Assembly (NCBI RefSeq): GCF_019218745.1
Contig: NZ_JAHUXA010000003.1
Span: 169,062-193,061, forward strand
DNA from: Enterobacter sp. ENT03
GTDB taxonomy: Bacteria; Pseudomonadota; Gammaproteobacteria; Enterobacterales; Enterobacteriaceae
Direction: 5' to 3'
Length of the DNA stretch: 24,000 nt
Shown: positions 15,498 to 24,000 of the stretch, piece after piece
How the letters are laid out: every line of letters starts with the position of its first letter
Numbering within the stretch: position 1 is the stretch's first letter
The notes under the pieces: model-generated
Database searches by the model: none
Seen by the model: only the letters and a program-made list of their open reading frames with translations
Told to the model about the DNA's origin: nothing
Made by a program: the position numbers and the translations under genes

Positions 15498-18131
15498 TTA
15501 GCGTGGCAGGGCGGTGCCCCACTGACGCCACTCTTTCGGTTCACTGTCCTGTAACAGGAAGTGTTTACCGACCTGCGCTTTCGGTGCCAGCGGCGTTCCC
15601 GGCGGCGTCGCAAAGGCAATCCCGCCGCGAATGAACTGGTTGAAGGTACCGGTTTTCACCACGCCGCCGGTCAGGCCAAAGTCCAGCGAATAACCGGAGG
15701 CCAGCCAGAAGACGGAGTTGTTACGCACCAGATGCTCATAGCGCTTACTGATACGCAGACCGACCATCACGCGATCGGACAGCGTACCCAGCGTCAGGCC
15801 CGTCACCGTACCCACTTCCATGCCGCGGAACAGCACCGGCGTCCCGATATTCAGCCCGCCTGCTTCCGGTACTTCCACCACGATACTCAGTCCGTCGAGA
15901 TAACGGGAATCGGCAATGGTCGCTTCCTGAAGTTCGAAATCACGACGCGCGTTGCCGCGCCCTGGTTCAACGTTGATATAAGGCTGCAAAATGGTATCCA
16001 GATGTTCAACGCCAGCGGCGGAAATCTGCGGCGTGATCACCGAGAAGCGCGTTCCGGTACGGGCAAAGGTCTGCACATATTCTGGATAGAGCACCGCTTT
16101 AGCCTGGACTTCATTGCGCTCGGTGATCAGTTTCAGATCCTGCACCTGACCAATATCAATGCCCAGATATTTGATCGGCATACCCGCAGAGAGTTTTCCG
16201 GCATCAAACGCGTGCAGCGTGATCTGCCCGCCGACGGCGCGCGCGGCGGTTTCGGACGGGAACAGCACCCGCTTGTCACCTTTACGCGTTGAGGCACTGG
16301 CACCGGGCAGGTTATCGAAGCTGATTGCGCCTTTCAGCGCACGGGACAGCGGTGAGGCCTGTACCGTCAGACCACTGCCATTGAGCTGCACTTTCGCACC
16401 ACCCTCTGCCCAGAACACGCTATTGCTGGTCAGCAACGAGCGGTATTCAGGCTTGATATGCAGCTGAATGTCGAAGGCGTTGGCGCGCGGCGTGACGGTA
16501 ATGACTTCGCCCACTTCAAATTTACGGTACAGCACCACCGATCCGGCCTGTACGTCTGGCAGGGTTTCGGCGGAGAGCGTCAGGGTCGTGGTTGGCAGAT
16601 CGCCAAGGCTGTTTTCCAGCGCTTTGTCGAGGTTGGCGAACAGCGGATAGGTGGATTTCATCTCGCCTTTATTGCCGGGCAGGATGCGGATCCCACCGCT
16701 GATCCATTCGCTGGCGCTGGCGGCGAGAAACTCCACGCCGTCCAGTCCGAGTTTCACGTCCACGCGGCTGTTCACCACAAACTTACTGTCGCCGTGCAGC
16801 AGATCGCGGTATTGCGGATCCAGCGCCACCGCGAAGGTAACGCCTTTCGCGGTCAGATTACGCTCCAGTACCTGGCCCACCTGGACGCCGTGCAGAACCA
16901 CCGGCTGACCGGCGTCGATGCCGTAGCTTTCCGGTGCGGTGAGCGTGGTAGTAATGACGCCTGGCTCCTGTAGCAGGGTTTTATCGGCGGGCAGCACCAC
17001 AAAGTGATCCCGCGGCTCGCCTTCTCCCGGCACCAGCTCCAGCGTGTTGCCGGTCAGCAGCGAGCTGAGGCTGGTGTCGTTAAGCGAAATTTTCGGGCTG
17101 CGCATTTCGATTCGCGTGTTATCACGCAGCAGGTTGACGACGCTGGGATCCACCGTCATTTCGCCGGTCACCCCACCGCCCGGATTGAGGTTGATTTTGG
17201 TCAACTGGCCCACTTCCAGACCCTGATACATCAGCGCCGTGGAGTTTTCTTTCAGCCCCTGGCCGCCCGGCAGATCGAGTTTGATCAGCACGCCGCGCTG
17301 GCTGTGGGCTAAGTCTTCGTAAAGCCCGAATTCATCATCAGGCTCTGCCAGTTTTGAACTGTCCGGCGAGTCAAAGGCAATGGCACCGTTGACCAGCGAG
17401 GCGAGGCTTTCCAGCTCCACCTTCGCACCGCTGAGGCCCACATCCGCTTTGACGCCGGAAACGTTCCAGAAGCGGCTGCCTTTTTTCACCAGATTCGTAA
17501 AGCGGCGCTCGATCAGTACGTCGATGGTGACGCCCTGTTTATCTTTATTAATGGCGTAATCATAGACGCGGCCTACCGGGATTTTACGGAAATAGACCAG
17601 CGAGCCGCTGTTCAGCGAGCCAAGATCCGGCGCATGCAGATGGATCATCAGCTCACCGTTATTAAGACGGTATTTAGGCTGCGTATCCAGCGCGGTAAAG
17701 TGATCCTGCGGTTCGCCTTTGCCCGGCATCATGCCGATATAGTTGCCGCCTACCAGCGCATCCAGACCCGAAATCCCTGCCAGCGAGGCTTTTGGCGTCA
17801 CCAGCCAGAACTGCGTATCGTTACGCAGCGCGTCTTTCATATCGGATTTGATACTCGCCCGTACCTCAATTTTATTGAGTTTTTCGCTCAGGCGAATGTC
17901 CTGCACTGTGCCAACCTCAACCCCCTGATAACGGACCGGTGTGCGTCCCGCCACAATGCCATCGGCAGAAACGAAGTCGATGGTAATGGTATTACCGCGA
18001 TCCTCGAAACTGCTCCAGACGAGCCAGCCAGCGATCAGTAAGGCAATGACCGGCAGCAGCCAGAAAGGTGAAATACGACGTTTAGTTTTAATTCGCGCTT
18101 CAGTCGGTGAAGCGGGGGTTTCCTGACTCAT
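15498..18131 (-). CDS. letB: Lipophilic envelope-spanning tunnel protein LetB (YebT), multi-MCE-domain protein
   Basis: From the ATG at 18131 the product [24 protein letters not shown] is 877 aa, the same length and N-terminus as E. coli YebT. It has one N-terminal TM segment followed by repeated MCE-like modules. The ORF-track start at 18173 adds 14 unmatched residues. Confidence 0.93.
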   Translation of the reverse strand: MSQETPASPTEARIKTKRRISPFWLLPVIALLIAGWLVWSSFEDRGNTITIDFVSADGIVAGRTPVRYQGVEVGTVQDIRLSEKLNKIEVRASIKSDMKDALRNDTQFWLVTPKASLAGISGLDALVGGNYIGMMPGKGEPQDHFTALDTQPKYRLNNGELMIHLHAPDLGSLNSGSLVYFRKIPVGRVYDYAINKDKQGVTIDVLIERRFTNLVKKGSRFWNVSGVKADVGLSGAKVELESLASLVNGAIAFDSPDSSKLAEPDDEFGLYEDLAHSQRGVLIKLDLPGGQGLKENSTALMYQGLEVGQLTKINLNPGGGVTGEMTVDPSVVNLLRDNTRIEMRSPKISLNDTSLSSLLTGNTLELVPGEGEPRDHFVVLPADKTLLQEPGVITTTLTAPESYGIDAGQPVVLHGVQVGQVLERNLTAKGVTFAVALDPQYRDLLHGDSKFVVNSRVDVKLGLDGVEFLAASASEWISGGIRILPGNKGEMKSTYPLFANLDKALENSLGDLPTTTLTLSAETLPDVQAGSVVLYRKFEVGEVITVTPRANAFDIQLHIKPEYRSLLTSNSVFWAEGGAKVQLNGSGLTVQASPLSRALKGAISFDNLPGASASTRKGDKRVLFPSETAARAVGGQITLHAFDAGKLSAGMPIKYLGIDIGQVQDLKLITERNEVQAKAVLYPEYVQTFARTGTRFSVITPQISAAGVEHLDTILQPYINVEPGRGNARRDFELQEATIADSRYLDGLSIVVEVPEAGGLNIGTPVLFRGMEVGTVTGLTLGTLSDRVMVGLRISKRYEHLVRNNSVFWLASGYSLDFGLTGGVVKTGTFNQFIRGGIAFATPPGTPLAPKAQVGKHFLLQDSEPKEWRQWGTALPR

Positions 18132-19383
18132 GTGCATCCCAAAGTAAGCGGCTGTCCAGCCATTCCACAGCAAGAATAGTCAAAATTACCGCTGCGCCGA
18201 AATAAAACGCAGCTGGCCCCATCGTAAACGCGAGCAGCTGATCGCGATTAATCAAAGACATGGTGAGAGAAATGACAAACAAATCCAGCATCGACCAGCG
18301 CCCAATCCAGGTCACCAGCCGCAATAACAATACACGAGTCCGTAAACCTTGCTCGCATTTAAAATGGATGCTGATAAGCAGTGTCAGCATCACCAGAACC
18401 TTGGTGAAGGGCACCAGAATACTGGCGATGAAGACGACCGCGGCGACGGCGATATTGCTGCTGGCCAGTGAAATAATCCCCGACATAATGGTGTCTTCCT
18501 GGCGCGCGCCGTTAATGTAAACCACCGAAATGGGCAACAGATTCGCCGGTAACAGAAAGACCATAGACGCCAGCAGCGCTGCCCAGCATTTTTGAACACT
18601 CTGCCGACGGCGAAAGCGTAACGGAATATGGCAGCGTGGGCAGCGTCCACGGGCATCCGGCAGCCCGGTAAAATGACAGCCGAGGCAGACGCGCAGATTC
18701 TCATGTGGACGGGTGGCGGGGCGCTGGGGGTAAAAACGCTCCCATAACTGCTCCACGTTAAGATGAATAATGGTCAGAATGCTGAGGATCACCAGTGCGA
18801 TAAACGCCAGCAGCCCGACGCCCGGTTGCAGAAAGGCGTAATCCTGCACCTTGATGGAGGCAACGCCGATGCCGACCAGATAAATATCCAGCATCACCCA
18901 CTCTTTGAGGCGCTCGATCATCAGCAGTACCGGGCGCAGGTTCATGCCTAGAATATTGCCGAACCACAAATAGGCAATGGCGGCGACCAGCACCAGCGGC
19001 GCACCCACGGCACAGAAGAAAACCATTGCTGCGGTCAATGGATCGCCCTGGGCCGTCATCTGCCAGATCCCCATCAGCAGGTTGGCATCAATGCGCGTAC
19101 CCAGCAGATAGAAACGCAGTAATGGCTCGCTCCAGGCGAAGGGCATCAGCAACAGCATGGTGACAGCCATCGCTGCCAGCCGGGTGAGTGACCAGTCGCG
19201 CCCGTCGCGGATCTTAGCGTCACACCGCGGACACCAGGCGCTCTGGTGCGATTTCATCACCGGTAACGCAAAAAGCGTATCGCACTGCGGGCAACGCTGA
19301 TAATGTGCACGAGGCAAAGCATCACCAACCGAATGAACGGTGATTTTTTTGTCCGGTATTACCTGCGAGATTTTTAAAGCCAT
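18100..19383 (-). CDS. letA: PqiA-family inner-membrane protein LetA (YebS)
   Basis: The 427-aa product matches E. coli YebS. It has two repeated modules, each preceded by paired CxxC motifs (CPQC..CPRC and CLGC..CPRC). Its 3' end overlaps the letB start by 32 nt. Confidence 0.93.
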   Translation of the reverse strand: MALKISQVIPDKKITVHSVGDALPRAHYQRCPQCDTLFALPVMKSHQSAWCPRCDAKIRDGRDWSLTRLAAMAVTMLLLMPFAWSEPLLRFYLLGTRIDANLLMGIWQMTAQGDPLTAAMVFFCAVGAPLVLVAAIAYLWFGNILGMNLRPVLLMIERLKEWVMLDIYLVGIGVASIKVQDYAFLQPGVGLLAFIALVILSILTIIHLNVEQLWERFYPQRPATRPHENLRVCLGCHFTGLPDARGRCPRCHIPLRFRRRQSVQKCWAALLASMVFLLPANLLPISVVYINGARQEDTIMSGIISLASSNIAVAAVVFIASILVPFTKVLVMLTLLISIHFKCEQGLRTRVLLLRLVTWIGRWSMLDLFVISLTMSLINRDQLLAFTMGPAAFYFGAAVILTILAVEWLDSRLLWDAHESGNPRFTD

Positions 19384-19513
19384 GGTTTCAGTAGCCAGTG
19401 AGGGAATGCATCTATATTAACTCATGAATGGAATCATCTTGAGCAAGAACGCATTTAATGCTTATTTTATTAGGCTATGCAGGAATTTTGTAAGACAACC
19501 AAGTGATTAAATA

Positions 19514-20011
19514 ATGACCAAAGCAGATTTCTATGCGGATTTGAACCGCGATTTTCAGGCATTAATGACAGGTGAAAGCAGCTTCTTAGCCACCCTTGCT
19601 AATACCAGCGCGCTGCTGTTTGAGCGTCTGGAAGGGGTTAACTGGGCAGGTTTTTATCTGCTTGAAGGTGAGACGCTGGTGTTAGGCCCGTTCCAGGGAA
19701 AAATCGCCTGCGTGCGAATTCCTGTTGGTCGCGGGGTGTGCGGCACGGCGGTGGCGCAAAATTGTGTGCAGCGTGTGGATGATGTTCATGCGTTTGATGG
19801 TCACATTGCCTGCGATTCCGCCAGTAATGCTGAAATTGTGCTGCCGGTGGTAGTAAATAATCAGATACTGGGCGTGCTCGACATCGACAGTACCGTCTTT
19901 TCCCGCTTTACTGCTGAGGACGAAGAAGGCCTTCGCCAGCTGGTATCACAGCTTGAAACGGTACTGGCGGCGACCGATTACAGTAAATTCTTTGCGACCG
20001 TCGCAGGATAA
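19514..20011 (+). CDS. msrC: Free methionine-(R)-sulfoxide reductase (GAF domain), MsrC/YebR
   Basis: The 165-aa product ..FYADLNRDF.ALM.GE.SFLATLANTSALL.ERL...NWAGFYLLE..TLVLGPFQGKIACVRIPVGRGVCGTAVA matches E. coli MsrC. The GHIACD active-site region is present. Confidence 0.93.
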   Translation: MTKADFYADLNRDFQALMTGESSFLATLANTSALLFERLEGVNWAGFYLLEGETLVLGPFQGKIACVRIPVGRGVCGTAVAQNCVQRVDDVHAFDGHIACDSASNAEIVLPVVVNNQILGVLDIDSTVFSRFTAEDEEGLRQLVSQLETVLAATDYSKFFATVAG

Positions 20012-20039
20012 TCAACGGATAACGTAGCATTTACTGATA

Positions 20040-20057
20040 GCGTCATTATAATGACGC
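20040..20057. promoter_or_regulatory. Perfect 18-bp palindrome containing a consensus TATAAT, upstream of proQ
   Basis: GCGTCATTATAATGACGC is identical to its reverse complement. TATAAT lies at 20047-20052, ~57 nt upstream of the proQ ATG. The function (promoter -10, operator, or RNA hairpin) is not determinable from sequence. Confidence 0.4.
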
Positions 20058-20108
20058 CTGTTCATGCCTGCGGCTAGTTGGCTACGTCCGTTGTAATCAG
20101 GAAATTTC

Positions 20109-20804
20109 ATGGAAAATCAACCTAAGTTGAACAGTAGTAAAGAAGTTATCGCATTTTTGGCCGAACGTTTTCCGCTCTGTTTCAGTGCAGAAGGCGAAGC
20201 GCGCCCCCTGAAAATTGGTATTTTTCAGGATTTAGTCGAGCGTGTTGATGGTGAGATGAACCTCAGCAAAACTCAGCTTCGCTCCGCATTGCGTCTTTAC
20301 ACCTCCAGCTGGCGCTACCTGTACGGTATCAAAGCGGGTGCAGCACGTGTCGATCTCGACGGCAACCCTTGTGGTGTGCTGGATGAGCAGCACGTAGAGC
20401 ACGCTCGCAAGCAGCTGGAAGAAGCCAAAGCCCGTGTGCAGGCACAACGTGCCGAGCAGCAGGCGAAAAAACGCGAAGCTGCCGCCGCTTCCGGTACTCC
20501 GGAAGAAAACGCACCGCGTCGTGAACGTAAACCGCGCCCGGCGACGCCACGTCGCACTGAAGGCGGTGAGCGTAAACCGCGTGCCGATAAGCCAGCAGCC
20601 AAGCCACAGCGCGCACCGCGTGAAGAGCCGAAGCACACCCCGGTGTCAGATATTACTGCACTGAGTGTTGGGCAGAATCTCAAGGTGAAAGCGGGCAACA
20701 ATGCTATGGATGCCACCGTAACGGAAATCACCAAAGATGGCGTTCGTGTGCAGCTGACTTCTGGTATGTCAATGATTGTACGCGCAGAACACTTGTTGTT
20801 CTGA
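20109..20804 (+). CDS. proQ: RNA chaperone ProQ (FinO-like N-domain, basic linker, Tudor-like C-domain)
   Basis: The 231-aa product has an N-terminus, [42 protein letters not shown], identical to E. coli and Salmonella ProQ. It has a K/R/P/A-rich linker, and the C-terminus is ..[27 protein letters not shown]. Confidence 0.96.
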   Translation: MENQPKLNSSKEVIAFLAERFPLCFSAEGEARPLKIGIFQDLVERVDGEMNLSKTQLRSALRLYTSSWRYLYGIKAGAARVDLDGNPCGVLDEQHVEHARKQLEEAKARVQAQRAEQQAKKREAAAASGTPEENAPRRERKPRPATPRRTEGGERKPRADKPAAKPQRAPREEPKHTPVSDITALSVGQNLKVKAGNNAMDATVTEITKDGVRVQLTSGMSMIVRAEHLLF

Positions 20805-20823
20805 AACGGAGGCCAGGCCTGGC

Positions 20824-22872
20824 ATGAACACTTTGTTTAAGCGCACCGCGTTGGCTGGCCTGCTCCTGATTACAGGGCAGGCTTTCGCCGTCGAAGATAT
20901 TACGCGTGCTGATCAAATCCCGGTACTAAAGGAAGAGACGCAGCATGCAACGGTCAGTGAGCGTGTGACCTCGCGTTTCACCCGTTCCCATTACCGTCAG
21001 TTCGATCTGGACCAGGCGTTTTCCGCCAAAATCTTCGATCGTTATCTGAACCTGCTTGATTACAGCCATAACGTGCTGTTAGCCAGCGACGTCGCTCAGT
21101 TTGCGCAAAAGAAAGGCGTGATTGGCGATGAGTTACGCACCGGTAAACTTGACGTTTTCTACGATCTCTACAATCTGGCGCAGAAGCGTCGCTTTGAGCG
21201 TTATCAATACGCGCTGAAGGTGCTGGAACGTCCTATGGACTTTACCGGCAACGACAGCTTTAACGTTGATCGCAGCAAAGCGCCGTGGCCGAAAGACGAA
21301 GCCGAGCTGAACGCTCTGTGGGACGGCAAGGTTAAGTTTGACGAGCTGAGCCTTAAGCTCACAGGTAAAAACGAAAAAGAGATCCGTGAAACCCTGACGC
21401 GTCGCTATAAATTTGCGATCCGCCGTCTGGTGCAGACCAACAGTGAAGATGTGTTCTCACTGGCGATGACCGCGTTCGCGCATGAAATCGATCCGCACAC
21501 TAACTATCTCTCGCCGCGTAACACCGAACAGTTCAACACGGAAATGAGCCTCTCGCTTGAGGGGATCGGCGCTGTGCTGCAAATGGACGATGACTACACC
21601 GTCATTAACTCGATGGTGGCAGGTGGTCCGGCAGCGAAAAGCAAAGCCATTACCGTTGGCGATCGCATTGTGGGCGTCGGTCAGACCGGGCAAAACATGG
21701 TGGATGTGATTGGCTGGCGTCTTGATGATGTCGTGGCGCTGATCAAAGGGCCGAAGGGCAGCAAAGTGCGTCTGGAGATCCTGCCGGCTGGCAAGGGTAC
21801 CAAAACGCGCATTGTGACGTTGACCCGCGAACGCATCCGCCTCGAAGATCGCGCCGTGAAAATGTCTGTGAAAACCGTTGGCAAAGAAAAAGTCGGCGTG
21901 CTGGATATTCCGGGCTTCTACGTTGGCCTGACGGATGACGTCAAGGTGCAACTGCAGAAGCTGGAAAAACAGAATGTCAGCAGCGTGATCATCGATCTGC
22001 GTACTAACGGCGGTGGCGCACTGACTGAAGCGGTATCGCTCTCAGGTCTGTTTATCCCATCTGGCCCGATGGTGCAGGTGCGTGATAACAACGGTAAAGT
22101 GCGTGAAGACAGCGATAACGACGGCATTGTCTACTATAAAGGCCCGCTGGTGGTGCTGGTTGACCGCTTCAGCGCCTCGGCATCGGAGATTTTTGCCGCT
22201 GCCATGCAGGACTATGGTCGTGCACTGATTGTCGGGGAACCGACCTTCGGTAAAGGGACCGTGCAGCAATATCGCTCGCTGAACCGCATTTACGATCAGA
22301 TGCTGCGTCCGGAGTGGCCAGCGCTGGGCTCGGTGCAGTACACCATCCAGAAATTCTACCGCGTGAACGGCGGCAGTACGCAGCGTAAAGGCGTAACGCC
22401 GGACATCATCATGCCAACCGGCAATGAAGAGACGGAAACCGGTGAGAAGTTTGAAGATAATGCCCTGCCGTGGGACAGCATCAACGCCGCGACCTTTGTG
22501 AAGTATGGCGATTTAACGCCATACGGGCAGCCGTTGCTGAAAGAGCACAACGAGCGTATCGCGAAAGATCCTGAGTTCCAGTACATCATGAAAGACATTG
22601 CCCGTTTCAATGCCATGAAGGAAAAACGGGATATTGTGTCGCTCAATGAGGCACAGCGCGAGAAAGAGAACGCTGAGGATGACGCCATTCGTCTGGCGCG
22701 TCTGAACGATCGCTTTAAACGCGAAGGTAAGCCGTTGCTCAAGAAGCTGGATGACCTGCCAAAGGACTACAAAGAGCCGGATCCGTATCTGGATGAAACG
22801 GTGCATATCGCTCTTGATCTTGCCCATCTCACTAAAGATCAACCGGCGGCGAAGCCCGCTCCCGCAAAATAA
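20824..22872 (+). CDS. prc: Tail-specific periplasmic protease Prc (Tsp), S41 family
   Basis: From the ATG at 20824 (GGAGG at 20808-20812) the product is 682 aa, as in E. coli Prc. It has the signal peptide ..GQAFA|VEDITRADQIPVLKEETQHATVSERVTSRFTRSHYRQF. The ORF-track start at 20776 lies inside proQ. Confidence 0.96.
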   Translation: MNTLFKRTALAGLLLITGQAFAVEDITRADQIPVLKEETQHATVSERVTSRFTRSHYRQFDLDQAFSAKIFDRYLNLLDYSHNVLLASDVAQFAQKKGVIGDELRTGKLDVFYDLYNLAQKRRFERYQYALKVLERPMDFTGNDSFNVDRSKAPWPKDEAELNALWDGKVKFDELSLKLTGKNEKEIRETLTRRYKFAIRRLVQTNSEDVFSLAMTAFAHEIDPHTNYLSPRNTEQFNTEMSLSLEGIGAVLQMDDDYTVINSMVAGGPAAKSKAITVGDRIVGVGQTGQNMVDVIGWRLDDVVALIKGPKGSKVRLEILPAGKGTKTRIVTLTRERIRLEDRAVKMSVKTVGKEKVGVLDIPGFYVGLTDDVKVQLQKLEKQNVSSVIIDLRTNGGGALTEAVSLSGLFIPSGPMVQVRDNNGKVREDSDNDGIVYYKGPLVVLVDRFSASASEIFAAAMQDYGRALIVGEPTFGKGTVQQYRSLNRIYDQMLRPEWPALGSVQYTIQKFYRVNGGSTQRKGVTPDIIMPTGNEETETGEKFEDNALPWDSINAATFVKYGDLTPYGQPLLKEHNERIAKDPEFQYIMKDIARFNAMKEKRDIVSLNEAQREKENAEDDAIRLARLNDRFKREGKPLLKKLDDLPKDYKEPDPYLDETVHIALDLAHLTKDQPAAKPAPAK

Positions 22873-22877
22873 AAATC

Positions 22878-22908
22878 ACAGGCACAAGAAATTGTGCCTG
22901 TTTTTTTT
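22878..22908 (+). terminator. Intrinsic terminator after prc
   Basis: ACAGGCACAA (22878-22887) pairs with TTGTGCCTGT (22892-22901) around a GAAA loop, followed by T8. Confidence 0.85.
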
Positions 22909-22986
22909 AACAAACATCTGTTCACGTCAGCATTGCCATACTCAATGTAAAGTTGTGTCTTTCTGGTGACTTACGAAGCCGGGATC

Positions 22987-23013
22987 CTTGAAAATGCCGC
23001 GTATACCCATACG
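22987..23013 (+). promoter_or_regulatory. Sigma-32 (heat-shock) type promoter of htpX
   Basis: CTTGAAA (22987-22993), then 12 nt, then CCCATAC (23006-23012). This resembles the sigma-32 consensus CTTGAAA / CCCCATnT. htpX is a known heat-shock gene. The promoter was assigned by eye. Confidence 0.55.
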
Positions 23014-23064
23014 ATGTGGGTAATCGCATAGTGCGTTTTGTTAAACTGGGGTTAAAAGAAAATT

Positions 23065-23946
23065 ATGATGCGGATCGCGCTTTTCCTGCTGACCAACCTG
23101 GCCGTGATGGTGGTTTTCGGGCTGGTGCTTAGCCTGACAGGCATTCAGTCCAGCAGTATTCAGGGCTTGTTAATCATGGCGCTGCTTTTCGGTTTTGGCG
23201 GATCCATCATTTCACTGATGATGTCGAAATGGATGGCGCTGAAATCGGTGGGTGGGGAAGTCATTGAGCAGCCGCGTAACGATATGGAACGCTGGCTGAT
23301 GCAAACCGTTGAGCAGCAATCCCGCCAGGCGGGGATCGCGATGCCACAGGTCGCTATCTACCATGCGCCGGACATTAACGCTTTTGCCACCGGACACAGC
23401 CGTAATGCCTCGCTGGTAGCGGTGAGCACGGGCCTGTTGCAGAACATGAGCCGCGATGAAGCAGAAGCGGTTATCGCCCATGAAATCAGCCACGTGGCGA
23501 ATGGCGACATGGTGACCATGACGCTGGTGCAGGGTGTGGTGAACACCTTTGTGATCTTCATCTCCCGTATTCTGGCGCAGCTGGCGGCGGGCTTTCTTGG
23601 CGGTAACCGCGAAGAGGGTGAAGAGAGCAACGGCAACCCGATGATCTATTTTGTAGTGGCGATGGTGCTGGAGCTGGTGTTCGGTATTCTGGCCAGCATT
23701 ATCACCATGTGGTTCTCTCGCCATCGTGAATTCCATGCGGATGCGGGCTCCGCCCGTCTGGTTGGCCGCGAAAAAATGATCGCCGCGCTGCAACGTCTGA
23801 AAACCAGCTATGAGCCGCAGGAAGCCAGTACCATGATGGCCTTCTGTATCAACGGTAAATCTAAATCGCTCAGCGAGCTGTTTATGACGCACCCGCCGCT
23901 GGATAAACGCATAGAAGCGCTGCGTAGCGGTGCTTACCTGAAATAA
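23065..23946 (+). CDS. htpX: Membrane zinc metalloprotease HtpX (M48 family)
   Basis: The 293-aa product starts [31 protein letters not shown] and has the HEISH zinc motif. Its length and sequence match E. coli HtpX. Confidence 0.96.
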   Translation: MMRIALFLLTNLAVMVVFGLVLSLTGIQSSSIQGLLIMALLFGFGGSIISLMMSKWMALKSVGGEVIEQPRNDMERWLMQTVEQQSRQAGIAMPQVAIYHAPDINAFATGHSRNASLVAVSTGLLQNMSRDEAEAVIAHEISHVANGDMVTMTLVQGVVNTFVIFISRILAQLAAGFLGGNREEGEESNGNPMIYFVVAMVLELVFGILASIITMWFSRHREFHADAGSARLVGREKMIAALQRLKTSYEPQEASTMMAFCINGKSKSLSELFMTHPPLDKRIEALRSGAYLK

Positions 23947-23964
23947 GACGTCAATTGACACTGC

Positions 23965-23990
23965 AAGCGCGCCATCCGGCGCGCTTTTTT
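23965..23990 (+). terminator. Intrinsic terminator after htpX
   Basis: AAGCGCGCC (23965-23973) pairs with GGCGCGCTT (23978-23986) around an ATCC loop, with the T-run extending to 23990. Confidence 0.85.
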
Positions 23991-24000
23991 GTGCCTTCCG

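Noticed and set aside
14543-16292. 246-aa and 243-aa ORFs on the + strand, opposite rsmF and letB
   Set aside because: They overlap well-supported minus-strand genes and have an R/G/H-rich composition with no motifs.
20232-20734. Three overlapping minus-strand ORFs (95-139 aa) opposite the proQ linker region
   Set aside because: They arise from the repetitive K/R/P/A-rich linker coding sequence of proQ and have no independent support.
2831-22153. Chi sites (GCTGGTGG): six on the + strand (2831, 6039, 7588, 9758, 12099, 22146) and three on the - strand (4608, 7341, 15247)
   Set aside because: This density and mild strand bias are expected for an enterobacterial core region, with the + strand as the leading strand. 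The sample is too small to mean anything.
22947-22961. GTAAA-GTTGT-GTCTT upstream of htpX as a CpxR box
   Set aside because: Only the first half-site matches GTAAA, and the second is poor. htpX is Cpx-regulated in E. coli, but I cannot support this exact site from sequence alone.
23212-23961. 249-aa ORF antisense to htpX
   Set aside because: htpX on the + strand is unambiguous (HEISH motif, full-length match). The antisense frame is a compositional artefact.
1-24000. Search for CRISPR arrays, IS or transposon ends, integrases, tRNA/rRNA genes, phage or defence-system genes
   Set aside because: I found no repeat-spacer periodicity, no long terminal inverted repeats, no transposase- or integrase-like ORF, and no cloverleaf-like or rRNA-like sequence. 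Apart from the two-gene islet, every ORF of meaningful size is accounted for by a conserved housekeeping gene.

Overview
This window reads as an ordinary Enterobacteriaceae chromosomal core segment. It is collinear with the E. coli K-12 zwf-to-htpX region, in reversed orientation. Proteins are close to, but not identical with, the E. coli and Salmonella sequences as I remember them, so I cannot name the genus. I support 24 protein genes: zwf (5'-truncated by the window edge), edd, eda, purT, yebG, yebF, yebE, ptrB, exoX, holE, yobA(copC), yebZ(copD), yebY, a DgcZ-like CZB-GGDEF cyclase, a 146-aa orphan, yebW, yebV, rsmF, letB(yebT), letA(yebS), msrC(yebR), proQ, prc and htpX. I also support the RpoS-type sRNA SdsR (RyeB), with its presumed antisense partner RyeA, several intrinsic terminators, and a few operator or promoter sites (LexA, PurR, GntR-like, sigma-32-like). 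I see no tRNA or rRNA, CRISPR array, IS element, integrase or prophage remnant. The only clearly non-core piece is about 1.5 kb (about 11.7-13.3 kb) in the slot where E. coli K-12 carries pphA. It holds a low-GC zinc-sensor-type diguanylate cyclase and a convergent uncharacterised 146-aa acidic protein, next to the SdsR/RyeA locus. That islet is my best candidate for something new, but I cannot show from sequence alone that it forms a system. The other findings are small RNA-structure or operator-like signals in intergenic regions and some gene-order differences (yobB absent, overlapping gene ends). All homology statements come from recognising the translated ORFs from memory. No database search or computation was run beyond hand indexing and counting.
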